From: Scyliorhinus canicula | Taxonomy: Eukaryota | DNA length: 64,000 nt | Reading direction: 5' to 3' | Assembly (NCBI RefSeq): GCF_902713615.1 | Contig: NC_052153.1 | Location: 142,181,772-142,245,771, forward strand | Shown here: in pieces, positions 25,991 through 34,957 of the stretch | Layout: each line of letters begins with the position of its first letter | How positions within the stretch are numbered: position 1 is the stretch's first letter | Program-made: the position numbers and the translations under genes | The notes under the pieces: generated by a model | The model's database searches: none | What the model saw: the letters and a program-made list of their open reading frames with translations, nothing else | What the model was told of the DNA's origin: nothing

Positions 25991-26130
25991 AGTGATGTGG
26001 AGATGCCGGCGTTGGACTGGGGTGAGCACAGTAAGCAGTCTTACAACACCAGGTTAAAGTCCAACAGGTTTGTTTCAAACACAAGCTTTCGGTGCACAGC
26101 TCCTTCCTCAGGTGAATGGAGAGGTATCTA
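25991..26130 (-). mobile_element. Penelope-like terminal repeat with a hammerhead motif (26080-26114)
   Basis: Same sequence as the terminus of the GIY-YIG element at 42026. Minus strand reads CAC-CTGAGGA-A-GGAGC-TGT-GCACC-GAAA-GC-TT-GTG. Confidence 0.75.
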
Positions 26131-26169
26131 GAAGGGCAAGGGCAGCAGATATAAGAGAACACCACCACC

Positions 26170-26340
26170 TGGATATTAGCGTATCCAATCCACCTAACCT
26201 GCACATCTTTGGACTATGGGAGGAAGCCGGAGCATCCAGAAGAAACCCACACAGACAGGGAAAGAAAGTGCAAACTCCACACAGAGACACCCAAGGCGCT
26301 GTGTGGTAGCAATGCTAACCACTGTGTCACTGTGCTGCTG
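26170..26340 (-). mobile_element. V-SINE fragment
   Basis: Reverse complement of the V-domain. Confidence 0.75.
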
Positions 26341-26871
26341 CGTGTTAACTTTTTTCTCCACAGATGCTGCCAGACCTGATGCATTTTTCGGGAACATTTT
26401 GTTTTTATGTCTGATTTCCAACATCAGCAGTATTTTGCTTTTCATTGGGGAAGAGGAAATTGTTCAAGGTAAAAATGCTGATTATGTTTCCTGGAATTTA
26501 ATGTGCAGGCTGTGGATATGAAGATAGGTTCCTGTCCTTGATTTTCTGTTCATTTTCTCTGATGCTTTTTTCAGTTCTGTGTCGTCACATGGGATGCATC
26601 CATCAGCTTCTCTTGGCAGAGCTGAAATATTGATCAGCCTGAGATGGCGAATGACAATATGGTCTGTCTCCTCTTTCCCAATCAATGAAGAAGAAAAAGT
26701 CACCAATTCCTAAAGTGATAGGATGGAGGAATTCATCATTTTCATCATTGATTGACTATTGTTGGCACTCATGTCACTCTCCACTTTAATGCAAGGAGTT
26801 AAACTCTGGTGTGGTGTTTCAGACTGTGTACGATTGCTCTTTTGTTGACTAGTTATATACTGCATTGCATC

Positions 26872-27057
26872 ATGAAATTGAAATTGAAAATCGCTTATTG
26901 TCACAAGTAGGCTTCAATGAAGTTACTGTGAAAAGCCCCTAGTCGCCACATTCCGGCGCCTGCCCGGGGAGGCTGGTACGGGAATCGAACCGTGCTGCTG
27001 GCCTGCTTGGTCTGCTTTAAAAGCCAGCGATTTAGCCTGGTGAGCTAAACCAGCCCC
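26872..27057 (-). mobile_element. ~180-bp tRNA-headed SINE
   Basis: Near-identical to 4050-4252 and 60257-60435. Confidence 0.88.
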
Positions 27058-27165
27058 ATAGCTTGTAGGTAGCAGATGCTATTGACCAATTGAAGGATTA
27101 GCTCATTCAGCTTTTACTGGTATTTCCTCCATCAAGAATCTCAACACTGCCTCTTCCTTTTCAAT

Positions 27166-27492
27166 GGAGGTCTTGTGGCACAATCGGTGGCATTGCCTTT
27201 GAGCCAGAAGTTCCGGATTTGAGTCCCACCCTCGGACATGATGACCAAGGAATGTATATTTATAACGTTGCCACAAGTTGAGTATTAACCTGCAAACACA
27301 TGCGGCATTGGCAGGCGCTAAGAGTTGGAGAGACTCCTGGTCAGCCATTCTTGATACCGAGTGACGTCCTCAAGCTATAAGTCTTCGGCAACAGGGCAGG
27401 AAACTATTCCAGGAAAAAGCAGCTAAGGAATCAGATGAAAGTCCGCCTTATGCACCACTAGGTATGGGAAGAGAGAAAAAAACAACAAAAAC
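27166..27492 (+). mobile_element. tRNA-derived SINE (third family) with an A-rich tail
   Basis: A/B-box-like head shared with 1-67; ends in AAAAAAACAACAAAAAC. Confidence 0.55.
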
Positions 27493-27495
27493 GTT

Positions 27496-28209
27496 GGGCG
27501 CGATTCTCCGCAAATGCGGCGAGTCGTAAAGGCTGCCGTGAAACTGGTCGTGTTTCACGGCAGCCTCCGCACCCCCTACCGGGACCCGATTCTCCCCCCC
27601 GGGCGGGGCTAGCAGCGGGGCCCCGTGAAGCACGGCATCGCGGGCTTAGTGACCGTCGCTAAGTCCGCGCGCTAAGCGTCACGCCGGCTGACACGCATGA
27701 TGACGTCAGCCGCACATGCGTGGGTTGGACAGCTCCAACCCGCGCATGCGCGGATGACGTCATCACGCAGACGCATCAAACCCGTGCATGCGTGGGCCGT
27801 CATGCCCCTCAGCTGCCCCGCGGACTGATCCTGCGGGGCGGCGGAAGAACAAATAGTGCGCGGGTATCAGACCCGCAGCCCGCGATCGGTGCCCACCGAT
27901 CGCAGGCCCATGCCACCCTTGGCATGGCCGTGGTGCGGCCGTGCCAATCGGTGCCATGGTTGTCCGGGACGGGCACTTTGCGGCCATTTTCACGAACGCT
28001 GAAAGCAAGTGTGATCGCGGCCGTGAAAACAGCCGTAAACTCGGCCCATCGGCCTGCAGAGAATCGCTGTTCGCCGTAAAAAACGGCGAGCAGCGATTCG
28101 TGTCGGGGGGCGGCCGGAGGTGGGGGAGAATAGCGGGAGGCCGTGAAAAATGTCGGGAAGGCCCTCCCGCTATTCTCCGACCCGTCGTGGGCAGCGGAGA
28201 ATCGCGCCT
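27496..28209. mobile_element. Harbinger-type MITE
   Basis: TIRs GGGCGCGATTCTCC and GGAGAATCGCGCCT with a GTT TSD. Confidence 0.9.
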
Positions 28210-28802
28210 GTTGCCTTTGCTTAGAAAGAGAATCCCACACCCACTCCCAGGTGTTTATCTGAGTGAAACCACCATTACTTTCTATAATTAGCCAGGTAAC
28301 ATAATTAGCCCCCAGCTCCAGGTGTATTTGCTGACCATCATCATCTTGTGTTTGTTGAGCCTTATTTTGTGTAAACTAACTGCTGTGTACCCTGACTCCA
28401 TTTAATTGGCTGTCAGGATATTCTGAAATTATGAGAGAAGCTACATAAAATCTAGCCTTTATTTTATATCTATATTGGTAATTAAATGTTTAGTTTTATT
28501 AGGTTGTATTCAGAATAAACATGGTGCGCAACCAGTGACCACGTTATGCCCAGTGCAGATCTGTATGAGATGGGTGAATAGCAGGGAACGCAAAATCAAG
28601 ATTTGAGCCGGGCACAAACCATTTTGCGATTCACCCGAACCGTCCCCATTGGCGAGTTCCGGACCTTGCCCAAAAATAGTGAGAAAAATCATTAACACTC
28701 ATTTGCATTCATTTCAATCTCATTAATGAGATTGAAGTCAAATGCGCGGCCTTCCTGGAATTACCTGACTCTCAAGCAGGAAGTCACGTGGTCAGCGTTT
28801 AG

Positions 28803-28965
28803 TACAAAGAATAAAGAACAATACAGCACAGGGACAGGCCTTTCAGCCCTCCAAGCCTGTACCGGTCCTGGTAGCACATTTGGCCAAAATCCTCTGCGCT
28901 TCCTAGTGCCTTATCCCTCTACGCCCATTCTATCCATGTGTTTGTCAAGATACCTTTTGAATACA
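28803..28965 (-). mobile_element. CR1 3' tail fragment
   Basis: Reverse complement of the CR1 3' UTR seen at 22520-22681. Confidence 0.75.
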
Positions 28966-30164
28966 GTTAGTATTCCTTTTCAAAAATGGGAACCTGGCAC
29001 AATGGCTACTGAGAGGGAGTGAGCAGGTGATTAGTAATTTACATTTTCTGGCATGCAGCTCAAAGGCGTTGGAGCTGCTGTCCCAGTCATGGGGAGTGGC
29101 GAGGGTGGGGGGAGGGAGTTGGGACACCGGGGGGACTTCAGGGGGGTTGGGCTTGGTCAAGTGGCTGAAGCGTTCCAAGTCGGGGGGCACCCTTGGGTCA
29201 GGATGAGGGTCTTTGTGTCTGTGAGGTCTTCAAACCATCTTTAAATATTGTGGAGACCCAGAACAGGGGCAACCACAGCTGCAACTTGTCCATCCTACCA
29301 AACACTTCCAAGACAGACCCTGCTGCGGCTTCTATCCTGAAATTCACTTTCACTCCCTTTGACTATGACCAGCTTCGAGCTTCACCTTTGAAGGCTAATT
29401 CAAATGAAGAATTAGCCTTGTTAGTTGTGAGAGCACTTCACGCTCCTCAACTCTCAAGTGCCTCCTCAAGAGCACACGTGCCATGTCCCAGAGAATGATT
29501 AGTACACTGCATGTCCAGCAAACTTTGATGCCTGAACAGTGTGCCTGAGCTGTAGGAGTGTCAGCACCACAGAGGCAGCTGCCAACAATCAAACACTGAA
29601 TAGGACTTCACCACTTCTCAGAACCAAAGGGTAAGTGTGAGAATAAGGGGTGGGCAGCTGAGCATGGTCTCGCTAATGTTCCCGGCAGAGGTCTGGGGTA
29701 TAGAGGCTCCAGATGTGGCCAGGGATGAGTGTACAGAGCAAGGTTTGCTGACACAATTGGCTCGCTGGATGGCATTCTGAGAGAAAGCCGGACAGGTAAA
29801 GGTGGAGGAGGCTTGGAGAATTTGAGAGTCCTGGGGTGGAAGCCCTAACTCCTTGTCAGTCTCTCTCCTTCTCTAATTCCTTACAGATGCAATGTTGTTT
29901 GCTGGGATTGATCACGCAAAGGCTGCTCTTGCATTATGTGGCAGCCGAGGTGGGCATACCCTGGAGACGGCAGCAACGCCAACACTGGCTGGACGCAGCA
30001 CCACATGAGCTGGCGGTTGCTGCACATCATGAAGACCCGGCTACCCATTAGGTTGAGGAGGGACTCAGAAGGGGAGGCCAGGGACAGCCCGAGGTCTAGA
30101 GACGTTGTTACTTATTCAATGAACTGATGGACACCATGTTCTGCAGAAGACTGCGTGTCAGCAG

Positions 30165-30409
30165 TGTGGCGCTAACAATTATACTCAAAGCCGAGAGACT
30201 AGTACAATAGAGGCTTTATTGCTGTACGATGTTGTCCCTCCATCCGCAACTGTAGACTGAGGGTCTGAGCAGCTCTCATACATATTTATACACAAGCTCC
30301 CTGTGGGCGGAGCTAGCCGGCAGGGGCTGACCGGAGGAACCTGTATTACAGGTACAGGCATACATCCCCCTACTGCAGTACACATAACTACAGTGGTTAT
30401 CTCACCACA
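30165..30409 (-). repeat. 3' LTR of Gypsy element A
   Basis: Direct repeat of 34520-34764, preceded on the minus strand by a short purine-rich tract (TTTTTACAGTGGGTGAA). Confidence 0.97.
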
Positions 30410-30521
30410 TTCACCCACTGTAAAAATGAGTCCGGCGGGGGTGACATGTAACTCTAATACAAAGGATGCTATTTACAAGAGGGTCCAACAAGGAAATTCA
30501 AGAGTCCATCCGGTTAGCAGG

Positions 30522-33182
30522 TTACAGGTTGAGCCGAATCGGTGGTCGGACGTTCCGCTGTGAGCGGCGTAGCTGTGGTGGTGACGTCGGCACAGGCGGT
30601 GATGGCCCCGATGGTGCAGGTGCTGGCTGCTGGCGGGATGACTCAGAGAGCAAGCCGAAATCTTCCATGTCCTCCAGGGTGGGCAGGGGGATGAGGGATG
30701 GACCTGATGGGGACGAATAGGGGGGCGCTGGGGTTGGCGCAGGAAGGGGTGTGGGCATGGGATCGGCACCTGAGGGAGCCAGGTCCCGGAGCGAGACTGT
30801 GTCCTGGCGGCCGTCGGGGAACTCCACGTAGGCATACTGAGGGTTGGCGTGGAGAAGGCGTACTTTGTCCACCAGGGGTTCCGCCTTGTGGTGCCGTACA
30901 TGCCTACGGAGAAGGACTGGGCCCGGAGTCGTGAGCCAAGTCGGGAGCGACACTCCGGATGTGGACTTCCTAGGGAAGGCAAAAACGCGTTCATGGGGTG
31001 TACTGTTAGTTGCGGTGCACAGTAGCGACCGAATGGAATGGAGCGCGTCAGGGAGGACCTGCTGCCAGCGAGCGGCTGGGAGGTTCCTGGACCGTAGGGC
31101 CAGCTGGACGGCCCTCCATACCGTCCCGTTCTCCCTCTCTACCTGCCCGTTTCCCCGGGGGTTGTAGCTGGTCGTCCTGCTGGAGGCGATACCCCTGCTG
31201 AGCAGGAACTGACGCAGCTCATCGCTCATGAATGAAGATCCCCTGTCACTGTGGATATAGTCGGGGAAACCGAACAGGGCGAAAATGGAATCCAGGGCCT
31301 TGATGACGGTGGCAGACGTCATATCTGGGCATGGGATGGCAAAGGGGAACCTAGAAAATTCATCGACCACACTAAGGATGTAGGTGTTGCGGTCGGTAGA
31401 GGGAAGGGGCCCTTTGAAGTCCACGCTGAGGCGTTCAAAGGGGCGGGATGCTTTCACCAGGTGCGCGCGATCTGGCCGGTAGAAGTGCGGCTTGCACTCC
31501 GCACAGATCTGGCAGTCTCTGGTGACTGTCCGTACTTCCTCGATGGAGTAGGGCAGATTGCGGGCTTTGATCAGATGGTACAAGCGAGTGACCCCCGGAT
31601 GGCAAAGACTGTCGTGCAAGGCACGGAGCTGGTTCACTTGTGCACTGGCACATGTACCTCGGGAGAGGGCATCTGGGGGCTCGTTGAGCTTGCCGGGGCG
31701 ATACAAGATCTCGTAGTTAAAGGTGGAGAGCTCGATTCTCCACCGCAAGATTTTGTCATTCTTGATCTTGCCCCGCTGCGTGTTGTGGAACATGAAGGCT
31801 ACCGACCGTTGGTCAGTGAGGAGAGTGAATCTCCTGCCGGCCAGGTAATGCCTCCAGTGCCGCACCGCTTCAACGATTGCCTGGGCTTCCTTTTCGACAG
31901 AGGAATGCCGAATTTCGGAGGCGTGGAGGGTGCGTGAAAAGAATGCCACGGGTCTGCCGGCCTGATTCAGCGTGGCGGCAAGGGCGACATCTGAAGCGTC
32001 GCTCTCTACTTGGAAAGGCAGAGTCTCGTCTACGGCGTGCATCCCCGCCCTGGCTATGTCAGATCGAATGCAGGCGAAGGCCTGTTGTGCCTCGGCCGAG
32101 AGGGGAAAATGTGTGGACTGGATAAGTGGCCGGGCCTTGTCTGCGTATTGCGGGACCCACTGGGCGTAATAGGAGAAGAACCCAAGGCAGCGTTTGAGGG
32201 CCTTGGGGCAGTGGGGAATTGGGAGCTCCATGAGGGGGCGCATGCGGTCGGGATCGGGCCCCAGTAGTCCATTTTGGACTACGTAGCCAAGGATGGCTAA
32301 GCGGTCTGTGCGGAACACGCATTTCTCCTTGTTGTACGTGAGATTAAGGAGAGATGCGGTGTGGAGGAATTTATAAAGGTTGGCATCGTGGTCCTGCTGG
32401 TCATGGCCGCAGATGGTGACATTGTCGAGGTACGGGAAGGTGGCCTGCAATTCGTACCGGTCAACCATTCGGTCCATTTCTCGCTGAAAGACCGAGACCC
32501 CATTCGTGACGCCGAAGGGAACCCTCAGAAATTGGTACAGACGACCGTCCGCCTCAAAGGCAGTGTAGGGACGGTCCGATTTACGGATGGGGAGCTGGTG
32601 GTAGGCGGATTTCAGGTCAATAGTAGAGAAGACCCGGTACTGTGCAATCTGATTGACCATATCAGAAATGCGGGGGAGGGGGTACTTGTCGAGCTGCGTG
32701 TACCGGTTGATGGTCTGGCTGTAGTCCACGACCATCCTGTGCTTCTCCCCGGTCTTAACCACTACCACCTGGGCTCTCCAAGGGCTGTTGCTGGCCTCGA
32801 TGATACCCTCCCGAAGCAGCCGCTGGACTTCGGACCTGATGAAGGCCTTGTCCTGGGTGCTGTACCGTCTGCTCCTGGTGGCGACGGGCTTGCAATCCAC
32901 AGTCAGATTGGCAAAGAGGGAGGGGGGCTCAACCTTGAGGGTCGCGAGGCCGCAAACGGTGAGGGGAGGTAGGGGTCCACCGAATTTGAGGGTGAGGCTC
33001 TGGAGATTGCACTGGAAATCCAGGCCTAGTAGGAGTGAAGTGCAGAGGTCGGGGAGAATGTACAGACAGAAACGGACGAATTCCACACCCTGTACAGTGA
33101 GTTTAACCAGGCAGAAACCCCGGATCGGGACAGTGAGAACCGGAGGCAAGGGAGATCTGCCGGTCGGCGGGATGGATCGCAA
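30522..33182 (-). CDS. pol: Gypsy pol, open from the protease C-terminal half through RT, RNase H and integrase
   Basis: RT: SPWRAQVVVV, VVDY, IDLKSAYHQ, PFG, YLDN. RNase H: ESDAS, EKEAQA, TDQ, DALSR. Integrase: HDSLCH..CQIC zinc finger, DFKGP, SDRG, NGQVER. The ORF-track N-terminus is spurious; the real frame is entered near 33135. Confidence 0.93.
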   Translation of the reverse strand: MRSIPPTGRSPLPPVLTVPIRGFCLVKLTVQGVEFVRFCLYILPDLCTSLLLGLDFQCNLQSLTLKFGGPLPPLTVCGLATLKVEPPSLFANLTVDCKPVATRSRRYSTQDKAFIRSEVQRLLREGIIEASNSPWRAQVVVVKTGEKHRMVVDYSQTINRYTQLDKYPLPRISDMVNQIAQYRVFSTIDLKSAYHQLPIRKSDRPYTAFEADGRLYQFLRVPFGVTNGVSVFQREMDRMVDRYELQATFPYLDNVTICGHDQQDHDANLYKFLHTASLLNLTYNKEKCVFRTDRLAILGYVVQNGLLGPDPDRMRPLMELPIPHCPKALKRCLGFFSYYAQWVPQYADKARPLIQSTHFPLSAEAQQAFACIRSDIARAGMHAVDETLPFQVESDASDVALAATLNQAGRPVAFFSRTLHASEIRHSSVEKEAQAIVEAVRHWRHYLAGRRFTLLTDQRSVAFMFHNTQRGKIKNDKILRWRIELSTFNYEILYRPGKLNEPPDALSRGTCASAQVNQLRALHDSLCHPGVTRLYHLIKARNLPYSIEEVRTVTRDCQICAECKPHFYRPDRAHLVKASRPFERLSVDFKGPLPSTDRNTYILSVVDEFSRFPFAIPCPDMTSATVIKALDSIFALFGFPDYIHSDRGSSFMSDELRQFLLSRGIASSRTTSYNPRGNGQVERENGTVWRAVQLALRSRNLPAARWQQVLPDALHSIRSLLCTATNSTPHERVFAFPRKSTSGVSLPTWLTTPGPVLLRRHVRHHKAEPLVDKVRLLHANPQYAYVEFPDGRQDTVSLRDLAPSGADPMPTPLPAPTPAPPYSSPSGPSLIPLPTLEDMEDFGLLSESSRQQPAPAPSGPSPPVPTSPPQLRRSQRNVRPPIRLNL

Positions 33183-34490
33183 GGGAATAGCGCCTTACCG
33201 TGTCCGGGTGGACGAAGCTCTCGGTGCTCCCGGAGTCGATGAGGCAGGAGGTCACATGGCCGTTGACCAGCACCGATGTGGAAGAGGGTGCCAGGTTGCG
33301 AGGACGGGACTGGTCGAGCGTAACGGAGGCGAGCAGTAGTTGGTCGGCGGTTGAGTCAGATGAGTCCGACGAGGAGCGGTAGCGACCCGTGTCCCGTGAT
33401 GGCGGCCCCTGGAGACGAGATGGCGGCATCCGCAGTACCTGTGGGTAAAATGGCGGCGTCCATGGAGCGCACGTTATGGGGTCGGAACAAAATGGCGGCG
33501 CCCATGGAACGCACGTGGCTGTGGTGGATGAAGATGGCGGCGCCCATGGGGCGCACGTGGCGGGGGCGGCAAAAGATGGCGGCGCCCACTGATTGCACGT
33601 GGGGTCGGGGGAAGCGGACGGCGGGGCCCATTGAGGGAGCGGCTGAGGCGTGGGGACCGGCGGCGCGATAGCGGCGACCGTCCGGGACTGACACACCGCT
33701 GCAAAGTGGCCTTTCTTTCCACAAGCTTTGCAGGTCGCTGTGCGGGCCGGGCAGCGTTGGCGAGGGTGCTTCTGTTGGCCGCAGAAGTAACAGTGGGGAC
33801 CCCCAGGGGGTGCGGTGCGGCGGGCAGCGCAGGCATAGTGCGCGGGGGCGGCTGCTGGGGGGGCCGTTTGCGGGGTCCACGAGGGGTGGGACGGATGGGC
33901 CTGGGGAGCCGTTTGCGGGGTCCACGAGGGGTAGGACGGGTGGGCTGAGTGGCTAGCGGAGTAAGTGTGCGCACTACGGGAGGCGGCCGTCATGGAGAGC
34001 GCCAGGGCCTTTGCGGCCGCGAGGTCGGGGCGACCCCTTCCAGCAGTCGTTGCCGGATGGGGTCCGATGCAATGCCTGTAACGAAGGCATCGCGCATGAG
34101 TAAATCCGAATGTTCCGCGGCTGTGAGGGCCTGGCAGTCGCAGTCTCGTACCAGAGGTATAAGGGCCCTCCAGAAGTCCTCAATCGACTCACCCGGCTGC
34201 TGGACGCGAGTAGAAAGTTGATGCCTCGCAAACAGGGTGTTCGTCGATGGTGCATAATTCTCCTTGAGCAGTTCCATAGCTGCGGTGCAGTCGGTCGCAT
34301 CTCGAATGAGCGGAAAGACGCTGGAGCTAAGTCTGGAGTACAGGAGTTGCTTTTTCTGAGCCTCCGTCGGGGGAGGGTGTGCTGAAGAGATGTAGGCCTC
34401 GAAGACTGCGAGCCAGTGATCAAAGTCTTTTCTGGCGTGAGGCGAATGTGGATCCAGCTGCAGACGGTCAGGCTTGACTCTGATGTCCAT
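33103..34490 (-). pseudogene. gag: Gypsy gag and protease N-terminal half, broken by two small deletions
   Basis: ATG at 34490 in a GTCACCATGG context. Motifs RVQQPGESIEDF, MRDAFVTG, knuckles CYFCGQQKHPRQRC and CKACGKKGHFAAVC, protease LIDSGS. Frameshifts near 34028 (-1) and 33132 (-2). Confidence 0.9.
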
Positions 34491-34502
34491 GGTGACTGGG
34501 AA

Positions 34503-34518
34503 ATCGTACAGCAATAAA
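34503..34518 (-). other. Primer-binding-site position, complementary to the element's own LTR (putative self-priming PBS)
   Basis: Minus strand TTTATTGCTGTACGAT, 1 nt after the LTR, is the exact reverse complement of the minus-strand LTR segment at 34570-34585 (and 30215-30230). Confidence 0.8.
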
Positions 34519-34519
34519 T

Positions 34520-34764
34520 TGTGGCGCTAACAATTATACTCGAAGCCGAGAGACTAGTACAATAGAGGCTTTATTGCTGTACGATGTTGTCCCTCCATCC
34601 GCAACTGTAGACTGAGGGTCTGAGCAGCTCTCATACATATTTATACACAAGCTCCCTGTGGGCGGAGCTAGCCGGCAGGGGCTGACCGGAGGAACCTGTA
34701 TTACAGGTAGAGGCATACATCCCCCGACTGCAGTACACATAACTACAGTGGTTATCTCACCACA
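34520..34764 (-). repeat. 5' LTR of Gypsy element A (promoter)
   Basis: Minus strand shows a GC box (CTCCGCCC), TATAAAT, an Inr-like TCAGTC about 30 nt downstream, and AATAAA. Confidence 0.97.
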
Positions 34765-34957
34765 AGCAGGCAAACAGTGCAGCACCTGTGCTACATTCTT
34801 GGGAACTTGGCACCCTGTGGAGGAGCTGGACACCGACTCCCAGTGGCCGTGAAGGTCATTGCAACCTTGAACCTTTATGCCACTAGGTCATTCCAGGGCT
34901 CGAGTAGAAACCTGTGTGGCATATCACCGTCTTCCCCTACTTTCATCCAGGAGGTGA

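Larger units (their letters stand above)
30165..34764 (-). mobile_element. Full-length Ty3/Gypsy LTR retrotransposon (element A, 4600 bp)
   Basis: Two 245-bp TG...CA LTRs with 3 mismatches. AGCAG TSD at 30160-30164 and 34765-34769. Domain order gag-PR-RT-RH-IN. Confidence 0.97.

Noticed and set aside
26482-26904. Two in-frame minus-strand ORFs separated by one stop codon
   Set aside because: No recognisable domain, and the upstream ORF begins inside a SINE.
31251-33339. Long plus-strand ORFs (228, 203 and 183 aa) antisense to Gypsy pol
   Set aside because: They are shadows of a GC-rich coding strand and show no recognisable domains.
33420-33940. CRISPR-like or satellite array
   Set aside because: These are coding tandem repeats within gag with no unique spacers, in a eukaryotic context.
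33103-34040. Programmed ribosomal frameshifts in element A
   Set aside because: There is no slippery heptamer, the shifts fall inside the capsid and protease domains, and simple 1- and 2-nt deletions explain them.
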